Assembly (NCBI RefSeq): GCF_001194135.2
Contig: NC_068992.1
Location: 57,019,025-57,083,024 of the forward strand
Source of the DNA: Octopus bimaculoides
Taxonomy: Eukaryota
Length of the DNA: 64,000 bases
Direction: 5' to 3'
Positions 1 through 13,803 of the stretch are shown here, in pieces. Numbering within the stretch: the first letter of the stretch is position 1; each line of letters begins with the position of its first letter. Position numbers and translations under genes: made by a program. The notes beneath the pieces are model-generated. The model did no database searches. It was not told the origin of the DNA and saw nothing but the letters and a program-made list of their open reading frames with translations.

Positions 1-14
1 AATGCTTTCTCCCA

Positions 15-100
15 TAGCCTAGACACAACATGCCCAAGATGCTACGGAATGAAACTCAACCCGGAATCGTGTGGACAGTAATCAAACTTCTTACCACAGG
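15..100 (-). mobile_element. SINE family A head fragment (tRNA-like), degraded
   Basis: Reverse complement of the head of the full copy at 22751 (CCCAAG-TGC...GAAAC/TGAACCCGGAA...TGTGG...CTTCTTACCAC). Confidence 0.7.
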
Positions 101-1184
101 ATAAAGCATGCGAATGTAAAGTGCGTTTGAACCAATGAAAGGTGAATAGTAACTAATTGAACTTCAGAATACATGATACGCGAAAGTCTGCAAAATAGTT
201 GATGGAATCTGAATGAATGGAATTACAAAGATATTAATGAAAACACACACACACACCAATACACACAAATAGAGATATAGATCACTGCTTCGAGGTAAGG
301 AGAGTATGTAATGGAAGATTTGTCTATCTTAAATATTCTATGAATTCTGTCGGGAAACTTTTCCTGTATCGCAGTTGTGAAATGGAATTTTAACCAGAAA
401 AGTGTCGGTCTCCTTCGAGCAATGATTCAACATACACTTTAACTCTGGAATGTGTATTCTACTTAAGATAAAAAGTTATTGAATTCTCTTTTAACAACCA
501 AATGTATGAAGGTTTCATTGCTTTTCTGTGAATGTCTGAATGAATACAAACCAGATAATATCTGAACTTAAAATGGTTTGCGTTCATAACATGGGGAAGT
601 TTTTGAGTGGTTGATAGTAGTAATTTTACATACACGGAGTTAATAATTATATTCACTCCTATACAATACGGTAGCTATATAATTTTCGACACGTCCTTCA
701 AATTCTTAGAAACCATTACATCATAAATACAATCAATTAGATAATAATAAAAAACAAAATGTACTATTTAAATTTTCCATGTTATATCTCCAAAAGTTCG
801 AGACTTCTTGGCTTGAACAAAATAAAATCATCAAGAAACAGTACACCAGTCTCTGTAATTCTTGTGAAATATCGAACGGCCCACCGGATTCTAATTGTTT
901 GGCAAAACTTATAGTTTTATTTAGAAGCAAACAAATTTCGTTGGTTTAATACATCTAGTTGTTAAAGGATCATTTTTTAAATACCTTCAACGTAAATGAA
1001 ATATATTCTTTACAGCTAAATATTCATGAAATTCAGTAATACTTGCATTATTTACTTTATTACAGGTGTCATTGTATGTTAAAACCTTATTATTCAGCAT
1101 CCATTCAGAAGGGTTTCGCAACTGAATTCGTAAAGTTTTTAAAACATACGGGCAGACATACCCATTTGCTACACAGGCTCGCAT

Positions 1185-1270
1185 CGCAGTCGCATGGTTT
1201 CGAGTTCAATCCCACTGCGTTGCACTTTGGACACAAATGTCTTCTGCGATAACCCGAGCTGACCAATGCC
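1185..1270 (+). mobile_element. SINE family A head fragment
   Basis: CATGGTTTCGAGTTCAATCCCACTGCGTTGCACTTTGG...TGTCTTCT matches the family A head with a B-box-like GTTCAATCC. Confidence 0.75.
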
Positions 1271-1602
1271 TGACATTTGAATACATGCTCAGCTTTCGTG
1301 ATGTTAAAAAGTTTCCTTGGCAACCATGTATTTCTAAGATCGATATTAAAAAACACGGAACTTTGGACAGTGTCCAGCATCTTAGCTTTACAAATACATT
1401 GTGAGTGAATGTGATTCGTGTGACAAGAACTGTATAAAAACTCATAATGTATTTTAGTGTGTGTAAGTGCATGCGCGTGTGTATGTCTACTCACACTCGC
1501 GTGCCCAGGCGCGCGCTATCGCATACGCATTCATATGTGTACATATCTACATAGAAGCAGTGTAGTTCTATGCGTGTAGGCACTGATATGGCTTTGTGGA
1601 TA

Positions 1603-1895
1603 TAGGCGCGGGCGTGGCTGAGTAGTAAGAAGCTTTCTTCTCAACCACATAGTTCCGGGTTCAATTCCACTGCGTGGTACCTTGGGTGAGTGTCTTCTAC
1701 TATTACCCCCGCCGACTAATGCTTTGTGGGTGAATTTCGTTGACGAAAACTGGAAAAGTCCTTGTGAATTAGCGGTTCGACAAAAGAGTCCAATAAAATA
1801 AGTATTAGACTAAACAAGAAATTAAGCACTGAGATGAAGTTATTCAATAAACATCTACTAGACGGTGTTCCACCATTGGCGCAGTCCACTGAAAC
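1603..1895 (+). mobile_element. SINE family A, internally deleted copy
   Basis: Head GGCGCGGGCGTGGCTG...TTCCGGGTTCAATTCCACTGCGTGG, joined to tail TTAGCGGTTCGACAAAAGAG...GCAGTCCACTGAAAC; the central microsatellite region is missing. Confidence 0.8.
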
Positions 1896-1896
1896 A

Positions 1897-2113
1897 AAGG
1901 CATGGCTGTGTAGTAAAAAGATTGCTTCCCAACGACATGGTTCCGGGTTCAGTTCCACTGTGTGGCACCTTGGGCAAGTGTCTTCTACTATAGCCTTGAG
2001 CTAACCAAAGCCTTGTGAGTGGATTTGATTGACGGAAACCGTAAGAAACAAGTCGTTTATGTATATATATATATGTGTGTGTGTGTGTGCGTGTGTGTGT
2101 GTGTGTGTGTGTG
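1897..2113 (+). mobile_element. SINE family A 5' half running into (TA)/(TG)n and an assembly gap
   Basis: CATGGCTGTGTAGTAA...GGTTCCGGGTTCAGTTCCACTGTGTGGCACCTTGGGCAAGTGTCTTCTACTATAGCC, directly after the previous copy. Confidence 0.85.
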
Positions 2114-3117
2114 NNNNNNNNNNNNNNNNNNNNNNNNNNNNNNNNNNNNNNNNNNNNNNNNNNNNNNNNNNNNNNNNNNNNNNNNNNNNNNNNNNNNNNN
2201 NNNNNNNNNNNNNNNNNNNNNNNNNNNNNNNNNNNNNNNNNNNNNNNNNNNNNNNNNNNNNNNNNNNNNNNNNNNNNNNNNNNNNNNNNNNNNNNNNNNN
2301 NNNNNNNNNNNNNNNNNNNNNNNNNNNNNNNNNNNNNNNNNNNNNNNNNNNNNNNNNNNNNNNNNNNNNNNNNNNNNNNNNNNNNNNNNNNNNNNNNNNN
2401 NNNNNNNNNNNNNNNNNNNNNNNNNNNNNNNNNNNNNNNNNNNNNNNNNNNNNNNNNNNNNNNNNNNNNNNNNNNNNNNNNNNNNNNNNNNNNNNNNNNN
2501 NNNNNNNNNNNNNNNNNNNNNNNNNNNNNNNNNNNNNNNNNNNNNNNNNNNNNNNNNNNNNNNNNNNNNNNNNNNNNNNNNNNNNNNNNNNNNNNNNNNN
2601 NNNNNNNNNNNNNNNNNNNNNNNNNNNNNNNNNNNNNNNNNNNNNNNNNNNNNNNNNNNNNNNNNNNNNNNNNNNNNNNNNNNNNNNNNNNNNNNNNNTG
2701 TGTGTGTGTGTGTGTGTGTGTGTACGGGTGTTTTTATTATAAATTCATTGTATATCGCTGAACAATGTAAAAGTCGAAAATCCCGTGCTATTTGGACGAA
2801 ATGCACTGTGTTAGAAATCTTCCTTTGGTTCGCTATAAACCAAGGAATGACTCGTTGTTAACTTGCGAATATATAAAGCTAAATAGAGTACAGCCAGGAG
2901 TTGTTCATTATCATTCTTAATAATCTTATAGACAGGATATCGACTAATCACACGGATTACGTTAACTGCTGTTTAAATAAATTAATCATGCTAATTGGCA
3001 GAGTCTGTAGTTCATATATAGGTTGTAACAGTTGGACTCAAGTTATTGAATATGCTAGAACAGTGGTTTCCTTGAAACACTCTGTCATAGCAATTTCCAT
3101 TATTTTTGTCCGTTGAA

Positions 3118-3305
3118 AGGTTGAGAGCTGATAGTACCGTCAATATGTCGGGTATAATGCCTAGCGGCATTTCTTCCGGCTCTTTACGTTGTATGTTCAA
3201 ATTCAGCAGAGGTCGAGTTCGCCCTCCATCCTTTCGGGGTCGATGAAATTAAGTACTGCCGCCGATGTAATCGACTAGCTTCCTCACCCAAAATTTCAGG
3301 CCATA
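3118..3305 (+). mobile_element. SINE family B, degraded
   Basis: GTTCAAATTC...GAGGTCGA...CATCCTTTCGGGGTCGATGAAATTAAGTAC...GATGTAATCGACT...AAAATTTCAGGCC. Confidence 0.8.
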
Positions 3306-3330
3306 GGGCCGATAATACGGTCTTATTTAA

Positions 3331-3480
3331 GGTGGCGAGCTAGCAGTATCGATAGCACGCTGGAAAAATTACTTATCGTTTTTTCGTCCGTCTATACATT
3401 CTGAGTTCAAATTCTGTCGTGGTCGACTTTAACTTTCATCGTTTTGATGTCAATAAAATAAATGCTAGTTGAGCATTGCG
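3331..3480 (+). mobile_element. SINE family B, second tandem copy
   Basis: GGTGGCGAGCTAGCAG...TTCTGAGTTCAAATTC...GGTCGACTTTAACTTTCATC. Confidence 0.75.
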
Positions 3481-3660
3481 ACGAAAGGAAAGTGTTAATT
3501 TCGGCACACTGTTGTATTATCAACTGAAGCTTTGCAAAATCAGCGACAGAAATAAAGAAATTTTGATTAAATTTGCTAGAAAATGCCATGAGTATATTTT
3601 TCTTGCATGAATGCTTTATTGCATTAACATGGCAGAAAGAGAAACAAATGATAGAGCCGA

Positions 3661-3704
<44 letters not shown>

Positions 3705-4114
3705 GTGAGTGTGTGTATATGTATATGCTTGTGTGTGTGCGTGCATGCATGTGTATATGAATGTATGTATATGTTTGTGTGTATGTGTGTGTATGTGCGT
3801 GTGTTTATATAAGTTAAAATACATAATTAAATGCATAAATAATGTTATTTTAATGAATGAAATACGAGTGGGCAGCTTGGCATACTTGTAAACATGGTTG
3901 GAACACCGTGTTTCATCAACACCATCACCATCACCATTATCATCATATTCACGTCCACCACCACCACCAACAACAACAACTACAACAACAACAACAAAAA
4001 ACAACAACAGCAGTACCAAAATTAACATTAACAATCTCCTTACTATTATAAATTAAATTAATATTAACTACAGCTATATATATATATGTATATTAAATTA
4101 TTATTAACTGTAAC

Positions 4115-4151
<37 letters not shown>

Positions 4152-4597
4152 GAAAAGTGATAGATAATATTAAAACCATTTACTAAATAGCTATACATTT
4201 TGTCGTAATTATTCTCCACCCACGAAATATCTGAGTTATAAACAACCATCCTCCAACTACAGTATCTACAAACAGTCAACTAACTAACACTACCAAAATA
4301 TAAAAGTATACACCGGATATTAGAAAACATGTATGATATTCACCTGCGACACAAATATTCTCTCTCTAGCTTTCCAACACCTCCTAAATTAGATATTGGC
4401 CAAGAACAGTTCAAACTACAGAAACCTACAGCCTTTTATATACCTAGCTAAGTGATTATGCGTGTAATATTTTTGCTAATACAAACATAAATTAGTTTTG
4501 GTACCATCTCTTCTTCAAATCCATATTTTGTTTTACATACATGCAACCACATCCATACATGTGTAACCACCATTACATACGCACAGTTGCCAGTGAG

Positions 4598-5465
4598 AAA
4601 TATTAAGGCAAGTCAAAAGTTTTACAACATTTGCGTACGCGCTATTTTGCGGCATGTATATCACGTGACCGAAGCAGCACAAGCCGCGAAAGGTGTCCGC
4701 TTAGGTTGGTGGCATCGTGGTAGTTGGTGCATTGATATGCTCTGCATTGCTTCACTTCATCTCTGATTTGAAAGCCACGTAGATGAACGTGCAACGCAGT
4801 CTAATTCGAGTCCCTATGCTTTTCGAGTTCGAACTACGCGCTGCCGCCACAGAAGCAACCAAAAGCTTTTGCTGTGCGAAAAGGGAAGTCGCATTTGGTT
4901 ACAATATAGTAACCAGATGGTTCAGGAAATTTCACTGGATTTGCAAGTAACTCAGCGATCAAGCAAGGTCAGGAATATCTAAAAACGTGGATTCCAAGGA
5001 CGTGCTCCACGCCAAAGCAACAAATCCGAGGATTTGCACTTGGCGAGTATCAGAGGATGTATACAATTATGCGATAAAAATACGCAGCAATAGTTATTAG
5101 AAGGCGAGCCCTTCTGCAGCAAGCCAACGCAAGACCTAATACCATTCGAACGACCCAGAATAAACATCAGGAACTTCAGGGGATCGAACTGATGTCGCAC
5201 ACAGCACATAGATCCCTCAATTTAACTGCTTCCGTTCCATGATTCAATTCCTGCACCCAGGAGGAGATAGAAGCTTCAGTGAAGGAGTTCTTTGCCTTAA
5301 AGTACAAGAACTGGTGTGAGCATAGAATCAAAGAACTGGCAGAAAGGTGGCTTAATACGGTAGAACAATATAGCCTCTAATTTGAATACTAGGCTGCTTT
5401 TGTAGTATCTTGGCCAATAAAGGAAAAAGGTTACCAAAATATTGCCAATCTCAAAGTAATACTTA
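4598..5465 (+). mobile_element. Internally deleted mariner (Mos1-type) DNA transposon remnant
   Basis: From ATG 4783: MNVQRSLIRVPMLFEFELRAAATEATKSFCCAK...IVTRWFRKF..*LSDQARSG (mariner N-terminal HTH). Near 5260-5385: QEEIEASVKEFFALKYKNWCEHRIKELAERWLNTVEQ (mariner C-terminus). Stops present, catalytic core deleted, ends approximate. Confidence 0.85.
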
Positions 5466-6905
5466 TTTATACATTTATTCGTGTATATAAACACGTACAT
5501 AGGCACACGCATGCACGAATATATATATATAGGATTTAAACATCCCCTGGTTGCTTGGATGCTTCAGATTACCCCTGAAGGATTGAGGCAAACCTATCAT
5601 TTANNNNNNNNNNNNNNNNNNNNNNNNNNNNNNNNNNNNNNNNNNNNNNNNNNNNNNNNNNNNNNNNNNNNNNNNNNNNNNNNNNNNNNNNNNNNNNNNN
5701 NNNNNNNNNNNNNNNNNNNNNNNNNNNNNNNNNNNNNNNNNNNNNNNNNNNNNNNNNNNNNNNNNNNNNNNNNNNNNNNNNNNNNNNNNNNNNNNNNNNN
5801 NNNNNNNNNNNNNNNNNNNNNNNNNNNNNNNNNNNNNNNNNNNNNNNNNNNNNNNNNNNNNNNNNNNNNNNNNNNNNNNNNNNNNNNNNNNNNNNNNNNN
5901 NNNNNNNNNNNNNNNNNNNNNNNNNNNNNNNNNNNNNNNNNNNNNNNNNNNNNNNNNNNNNNNNNNNNNNNNNNNNNNNNNNNNNNNNNNNNNNNNNNNN
6001 NNNNNNNNNNNNNNNNNNNNNNNNNNNNNNNNNNNNNNNNNNNNNNNNNNNNNNNNNNNNNNNNNNNNNNNNNNNNNNNNNNNNNNNNNNNNNNNNNNNN
6101 NNNNNNNNNNNNNNNNNNNNNNNNNNNNNNNNNNNNNNNNNNNNNNNNNNNNNNNNNNNNNNNNNNNNNNNNNNNNNNNNNNNNNNNNNNNNNNNNNNNN
6201 NNNNNNNNNNNNNNNNNNNNNNNNNNNNNNNNNNNNNNNNNNNNNNNNNNNNNNNNNNNNNNNNNNNNNNNNNNNNNNNNNNNNNNNNNNNNNNNNNNNN
6301 NNNNNNNNNNNNNNNNNNNNNNNNNNNNNNNNNNNNNNNNNNNNNNNNNNNNNNNNNNNNNNNNNNNNNNNNNNNNNNNNNNNNNNNNNNNNNNNNNNNN
6401 NNNNNNNNNNNNNNNNNNNNNNNNNNNNNNNNNNNNNNNNNNNNNNNNNNNNNNNNNNNNNNNNNNNNNNNNNNNNNNNNNNNNNNNNNNNNNNNNNNNN
6501 NNNNNNNNNNNNNNNNNNNNNNNNNNNNNNNNNNNNNNNNNNNNNNNNNNNNNNNNNNNNNNNNNNNNNNNNNNNNNNTATATATATATATATATATATA
6601 TATTATCGTGCAGTAGAATAGTTACTTGGTTTCGTTATACAGCCTGCTAGTCATCTCTGATGATATCGGTCGGCAAATATATATGTATCTACTCTGCAAT
6701 GTACATCGGGTTTTATATCAGTTAATGCTTTTTCTGTTGTACGACACAGGACCATATATATCTAAGACTCTCAACATTATCATGAATATGTTTATACACA
6801 TATATGTGTATATGTGTGAGTGTGTGATTTTGTGTATTTGACTCTGTGTGTCTATGAGTTTATTTTTTTTAACGTCATCGTGTCTTTGCAGGATATTCGA
6901 CTTAC

Positions 6906-6926
6906 GCTTACACACGCTACGTCCCT
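6906..6926 (-). CDS. Candidate 21-nt micro-exon (RDVACVS, or EGRSVCK in phase 1)
   Basis: Strong acceptor ttatttaattttctttttatacag| and canonical donor |gtaagt; frame-preserving length. Splice signals only. Confidence 0.25.
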
Positions 6927-8988
6927 CTGTATAAAAAGAAAATTAAATAAGCCTTTCGATAAATAGCAATCGTTAAAATGATTATCAGACTTGAATAAGT
7001 TTCTGCGTTGAAACAATTGACTAGAAATGCTTAACGTTTGCGTTCCAGCACGACCGCAGTCTACTGACTGAAACTAGTCAGTGAAGTAATCTGGTATGTA
7101 CGAGTACAACAGATTTTCAAAGGGAGTAGATAGACAGGGAATGCTGAATGTATCAGTGTTATTCAAAATGATTTTATGTTAATTTTTATAAATTATTGTT
7201 GTCATTACAATATACGCACGAATACTATAAACTTGTGTTGGCAAGACAGAAACTGTGTGGAAGCCGGTCGATGGACTATACCTATTCTTGGGCGGTATTT
7301 GATAGACGTAACCCGTTGCCCGGTTGAATACTATCACTTGGTTCTTAAGTTTGCTCTGTTGCCTGCATTTCAACCATATCGGCTGTTTGAGATCGTTTTC
7401 CTCCCTTTCTTTCTTCAGAATCGAGGATCCTGAAAATCGCCTGAACTACTTCTTATAAATAATTTTCAAATTAAATTTTTAAAAAAATGTTGTTTCCTCT
7501 CCTCTCATTATGTCGCTTCAGTGAAAAGTGAATTTAAAAACAAACAATTTTTTTTCATTCAGAAAAGCTAGATTACAATCGCTCTACTATATTTTAAGCT
7601 GTGGTGTTTATGAATTCTCTTGGTGCCAACGAATGTACTTTAACTTTTTTTTTTCCTGTTTTTTTTTTTTCGTTTTGACTCAAATTTGAAATGAAAATGT
7701 GTATATATATATTTTTTTGAGATTACATTAAGTAAAATGTGTAAAACCAGTTGTTGGTAGATCTCTTTTGGTAAAAACATTGATAATAATTTTGAGAAAA
7801 AATATATTTGTGTTATATAGTTGTATATTACTTATGAAGGATATTACGACCGGCTTTAAGGATATACAAAATATAATTCATTGAGGATCATACTGGATCC
7901 ATCTCATTCAATTTTCACCATTTTGTTTGTTTATGGAGGATTTATTTTATGCAGAAGTGTTCTATGCACGAAAAGAACTACCCGGAGATGAAAAAAAAAT
8001 ATATCTTTGCTATGTTGTCTGAATAACAAAAAGCTTCTCAATAAACACATTTTTTTATACGTATTTGTTTCTGAAATTTTTTGAAGTACTTTTGTTTACA
8101 TATTTTAGACAATATTCATACAAATAAATATAGAAATTTACCTGGATTCGGATAAACCAAATAGCAATTAATTTTGTATAAATAATATTTATCTATATCT
8201 TAGAAGGAAAGTTATTGCTTTCGATATTGTCTAAGTTATTTAAGAGGAGAATTTTTACAACAAATTCCATGAACACTGGATAAAGAAATAGGACGTTATC
8301 TGAATTTGTATTTATATCAATAACCTACAAACATCTAGCGAATATTCGCCTTCAGAAAACCAATATTCGAACCTTACGACGTGTTATATTCTATTTCTTA
8401 TTTTCCACAAAATCCTCGTCTACGAAACTCGATAAACATTAGTTTAATATTGATTGATTTTGTGGAAGCTTCGTATATTTACTCATTGGCTGAACAGAAA
8501 GCTAGGCTGTTCACTCAATACTATATTTCAGCAAGAGACTGTTGGTGGATTATATCTTCCAGGCAGATTTATATATTGGCTTCAGTAAGCTGCTAATTGA
8601 ATTGCAGGACAGTTTTCACACACCAATCAATTGTGTAGTTTCATTTTATTATCTATATTTTTTCCTGTACATCAAATACAAATTCAATATCCATTTCATT
8701 TCATCTAATAAATCTAAATTCAAATTATTATTGAGTCATATTTTGGAGACTTATCACTAATATACCACACGAACTAAACAATATATAGTTTTCCTTAAAA
8801 GAGTTATTACATATGGTAAGTGATATATGAAGAACAAATAAAAAGAATAAAGCTCCTGGTATTTGAAATGGACAAAATATTTCACAAAAGCGAGCTTATT
8901 AGAAATATATTACACGTCAAAGAAACAGACTACACATGTGTGTGAGTAGATACATACATATATACATACATACATACATACATATATA

Positions 8989-9067
<79 letters not shown>

Positions 9068-9233
9068 AGATGCATACATATATACATATATATGTACATA
9101 TATATATACATATACATGTATACACATATATATACATATTTATATTCATGTATGCACATATATATTTATAAATATATATACATACACATTTATAGATACA
9201 TACATATACACATACATATATACATATGTGTGC

Positions 9234-9272
<39 letters not shown>

Positions 9273-9294
9273 CATATATACATATGTGTGCATG

Positions 9295-9326
<32 letters not shown>

Positions 9327-10786
9327 TGACATTAGTGGTTGGGACTAACTTCAACTCAAAAATAAAGATTTATAACTAAGGTCTCATTGATAAACATTTC
9401 GTACTCAATCCCTAGTACATATAGTTATTTGATAGAAATAACTTGAATATTATAAGTACCAGTCCTGCATGAAAATGAAAGATTTAATAAAAAGATGCCC
9501 TGCAAAATAGTGTAAATTTGTGTTGTAGTAACAAAGATTTATAGTCTCTGAATCAATTTTGCAATGCTGATGTAATTTCTGCGTAGACAGCGAATATTAT
9601 ATTTCAAAAATGGTGGAGTGTAAATTCAAAATTCTAATATAGTTAAATCAAATTTCTTTGTTCAGGAGTATACATATTCAAGACGGAACAAACATACCAA
9701 GTTAAAGATAGAGGTTGAATGACTGGAATTAATTTTGGCATCAAAGGGATAATGCTGAAAGAGGGCAATCTAACACAAATTAGCAAAATGACGCATAAGT
9801 AATTTAAAAGTATAAGCGTTAGGCTAGGCAACCTCTAATTTACGCACTTCACAGACTACTTTTCGTAAGAAACTAGAAAATGTAGGACCAACTCGTTAAT
9901 GAAGTTATTTCATCTCCGAGAATAAGAACATCTGAATTTCCTGTACACCCAAACTTACAGAAATTTAAATTAACAATGTGAGGAATCATTTGTCTCTTCT
10001 ACGGAAGTTAAACATCTAATCATAATTATAATCATAATTATGCTCAATCGAGGAAGACTTGAAGAAAAAGTATATTTATTCAAGTGTTAAGATGGTATTG
10101 TTGGCGTAAATGAATACTTGGCAATAAAATAATATTTAATTTCAGCACAAGGCCACAAGTTGTGGGCAAAGGTATTCCACTACTACTTAACTTCCAATTA
10201 TAAAATCCACACCAAGTATAGCGGTTTCCGGAAACAGAATATAAAAAGGTGTAACTGAATACAAGTAAGGCTCTTTAGCTTTTTCCGCTATTTATATATG
10301 CAAAATAATCCTACATCTTTCTTCTAAATTCAAATGATAGCTCATTTGAACTATGTACTGTTTAGCTCAAACATCTGATAACAAATATAAAGCTTAGTAT
10401 TTCTTTAAATATGCTTTCAAGTATAGATTATAACTAATTGTCTACAATATAAAAATGTTCATGAGTTTTATTTTGCATATTATTATCTATAACGATAACA
10501 TTTTATTTCATAATTTCACCTATATCTGATGTTTCTCCTGTCTCAGTTTACGTGAATTTACGGAATTATCATTTGTACAAAAGTTCAAATTTTTGCTTTA
10601 CCCCGTATTGAACTCACGAATAAAAAGATATCAAATGATCTGAATGTTAGTGCTGTCCAGAAAACTGTTTCAATTTCGTCAGACAGTTCGTAATAGGAAT
10701 TTGTCGGTGGATTGCATATACCTTGTGTCTAACATTTCGAACTGATCATACGATTTATCGTCTTTATGTTGTGTCGCCACTTAATT

Positions 10787-10855
10787 CTAGGAGTACCAAG
10801 CAATTGCAGCTGCCACAAACAGTAAAATAGTCGGGATAATTCCCCAGGCTGAACC
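10787..10855 (-). CDS. Candidate terminal coding exon, GSAWGIIPTILLFVAAAIAWYS*, GPI-anchor-signal-like hydrophobic C-terminus
   Basis: Acceptor ttctttactttttatactatttccgtgtattttccgtag|GGT; phase-0 reading gives small residues then a hydrophobic tail then a stop; minus-strand AATAAA at 10502-10507 and 10467-10472; not part of a recognisable repeat. Confidence 0.5.
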   Translation of the reverse strand, partial: GSAWGIIPTILLFVAAAIAWYS

Positions 10856-11089
10856 CTACGGAAAATACACGGAAATAGTATAAAAAGTAAGAACATTGCA
10901 ATTTATAATGTTTTATCAATATCTGGTATCAAAGAGAATATACTGAATGTTTGGACAGAAGAATTTACTGCAGATCATTAAAAGCAATTGGTCGAAAACA
11001 TGACTGATCATTCAATAGAGCATCGACTTCTGACCATATTGCTGTTGTATTGGAGAAAAGCGGTTATTATAGAAACTATCGAATAGTAT

Positions 11090-11560
11090 AATATTGATAT
11101 TTGTATGTTTGTAAAATACTTCCAGGCGATATGATAACTTCATTACGACGCTTATTCCTTGTTTTCCTTCAGATCATCAAATACACTATAAAACATTATT
11201 TGACCGATGCATTCACACTTTAGATCATAAATGTACAATACTGGTACTTAGTATATCAAATACATAGTAATGAATTGCAAAGTTAATACCAGCAACCTTT
11301 CAAAAAGAGATGTTTCACAAATTGGCAAGTGGCTCCCCTCTTCGTTGGTGGTAATGTATTCAGTCATTTTTGGACGAATATATCTCTAGTGAACTCTACT
11401 TTGGTTGCAGCATATTCAAGGGGTGCTCGCAAGACTTACAAATCTCACAATGGACGAGCTGTGAAGACTAGATCATCGGCATAATTAAGGTCAGAGAGAG
11501 GCAGACTCTGTTGATGCCTTGATAACATCTAACTTCATACAGATGTTGTAGACTTAAGGT
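11090..11560 (-). mobile_element. Degraded LINE reverse-transcriptase fragment
   Basis: Minus strand SLSDLNYADDLVF (YADD motif at 11472-11483), followed by DL*VLRAPLEYAA...KMTEYI; multiple stops. Confidence 0.65.
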
Positions 11561-12339
11561 CACAAACAACTCATCTACGAAATTACGGGCTAAAACGTAC
11601 ATTTACAAGGTTTCAATCGATGTAGAATAGATAACTTATGACAAATGGGAAGCAGAAGTGTAAAAGATAATTCCTATAAAGCAAATAATTCTCGTCGGTA
11701 AGATTAATTTTTGCGCACCAGTTTCGACGCTATTACTTCGTGCTTGTGTACCTTTATCAGGTTCTTCTCTATTGCTAACAGTCAAGCCAAATCTTTTAAC
11801 TGAGGGTAACTCGATATTTTGAAGCGCTGATTTTTACGACTGAAGTCAAGCAAGAAGTTTTGGACCCCACTCTATACTCCTAACTTTAAAATAAACATAA
11901 TTATTATATGTATACTGTCAATTTTGTTATTGTAAATAGAATTTCAAAATATCTTTCGGCTCACTCATAAACTTGACCTTTCGTTTCTGTATATTAACCG
12001 ACATTTTTATTAGCCTATTTGTCATTTCGATTTGGCCTCAAGCAAAAAGTGCTTTCCATCGCTTCTATAGTATGTGCCTGTTGCAGATTCGTTGCATTAA
12101 AAATGGTTATTCACTATATCTTTTATATACACATATTTATATCAGTATCAAAGTATCGCTAGAGGCAGATACCTGTAATCAGTAAAAATATATATATATA
12201 CATAGCCAGCCAAACACACTTATGTGTGTATCTCTTTCTTTCTCTCTCCTTCTCTCTCTCTTTCTCTCTGTCATCTAAACTACGCAAGAATGAAAATCTG
12301 AATCTCATTTTAACAGATATATTTACGTAAATTACATAC

Positions 12340-13030
12340 AAATATCTTGAAATACTAAAGAGTAAATTTATTCAATGAAATCGCCATTTACTTCAACCAC
12401 GGCCTCCACACGACTTCAGAATCTCCTGCAAATCTTTTGGGCGGTTTCCTTGTTTAAGTTGGTGAATATTACTATAATCCTTGCCTTCAGTTCATCTTTG
12501 GTGTTACAAGGAGTTTTGTTGGTCTCTCTCTCAAATGTGCTCCACACATAATAATCAAGAGGGTTGCAGTCTGGGGAGTTAGGTGGCCAGATGTTAGGGA
12601 TGATGTGGCCACAGAAATTGTCTGACTGCTTGTGTGGTATGGTGCAGAGTCCTGTTGCCAGACATAGGGTCTTCCTGCAGCCACCCTCTTGATCAAGGGA
12701 AGTACTACCTCCTCCAGGTACTTGATGTTGGACTGAATATTTGATTTTTTATCACTCTCTGTACATGTCCGCAGATTGCACTGTCCTCAGTTTGATACCC
12801 AAACACTCTGAAATGTTCGTATTGGAGCTTTCCAAATTTCTGACGGAGTGAATTGCGTCATGGTTCTGTTTTTCTCACAGACGGTGCCCAAATGACCCTA
12901 CTATACTCTATAGTTGACAAAATAAATAAAAAACAAAGCGCATGCACGAAATTAAAAGTATACACCGATGGTTCCGTAGGAATTGAGTGCAAACAGACCT
13001 GACAACTCTAAAATTCATGAACGAATTTTG
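12340..13030 (-). mobile_element. Tc1/mariner DD37D (maT-like) transposon remnant
   Basis: RPYVWQQDSAPYHTS ... NIWPPNSPDCNPLDYYVW ... ETNKTPCNTKDELK ... VEAVVEVNGDFIE*; frameshifted and deleted. Confidence 0.85.
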
Positions 13031-13099
13031 ATATAATTTTAGTAGGATGTTCCTAGGGTATTTTTTCAACCTAACCTATGAAAATTATAAAAGTACACT

Positions 13100-13803
13100 T
13101 AATATCTTTATAGGTATATGGGTTCAAATTCGTAGTGAATCTGACAACAAACCACATCTCATCATACTACCTGAACTCAATGACCTAGTTCGTGATCTAA
13201 CACTTACTAAGTAACAAAGTGAAGTCCTGGCCTCACATCTGCAACAATGGAACCTGTTGGATAAAGATGCTCCAATTACAGTGTTTAGGAAGTGTTTTGC
13301 AGATCTACAGCAATTCTTCACTTTGGAAAACAACTTGACTTATTGGATTGATATCAGAGACCTATTCAATGCCCTTGAGCTGAACTATGAACCAAATGAA
13401 TGGGGGTTATTCATAGATACATCCCTTTACAGCATAACAGCGGTTCTGTTGTACATTGGGAACATCATGCATTCAGTTCCAATTGCTCACTCAATCATTT
13501 TAAGAGAGACATATGAGAACCGCCCTTCTATTCTAGACCGCATAAGTTACAAACAGCATGTGCGAACTTGAAAGTAGTAGCACTACTTAATGGGCTACAA
13601 ATTGGCAACACCAAGTCTATGTGCTTCCTTTGCAAGTGGGACAGTAGGGCCATATAAGAACTGTATGTATGCTCAGAATGGCCACCACAGGAAACTATGT
13701 AAATCACGAGCCACTAGTTTATGGGAAAATCATTTTGCCAGCACTGCATATAAACCTAGGCCTAATGAAGCGATTTGCCAAAGCACTGCAACATGACAAT
13801 CCA
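13100..13803 (+). mobile_element. Chapaev3-like (CMC) DNA transposase remnant
   Basis: PHLIILPELNDLVRDLTLTK*QSEVLASHLQQWNLL...EWGLFIDTS...AVLLYIGN..HSVPIAHS...ETYEN...LKVVALLNGLQIGNTKSMCFLCKWDSRA...ILPALHINLGLMKRFAKAL. A transposase origin is well supported; the superfamily name is from recall. Confidence 0.7.

Noticed and set aside
8378-8419. 42-nt minus segment with a good acceptor and GTAAGG donor
   Set aside because: Stops in all three phases; it shows how often splice-like sites arise by chance here.
11440-11458. 19-nt micro-exon (SSIVRF) that would join in frame to the GPI-like exon
   Set aside because: It lies inside the YADD region of a decayed LINE, so chance is more likely; exonisation is not excluded.
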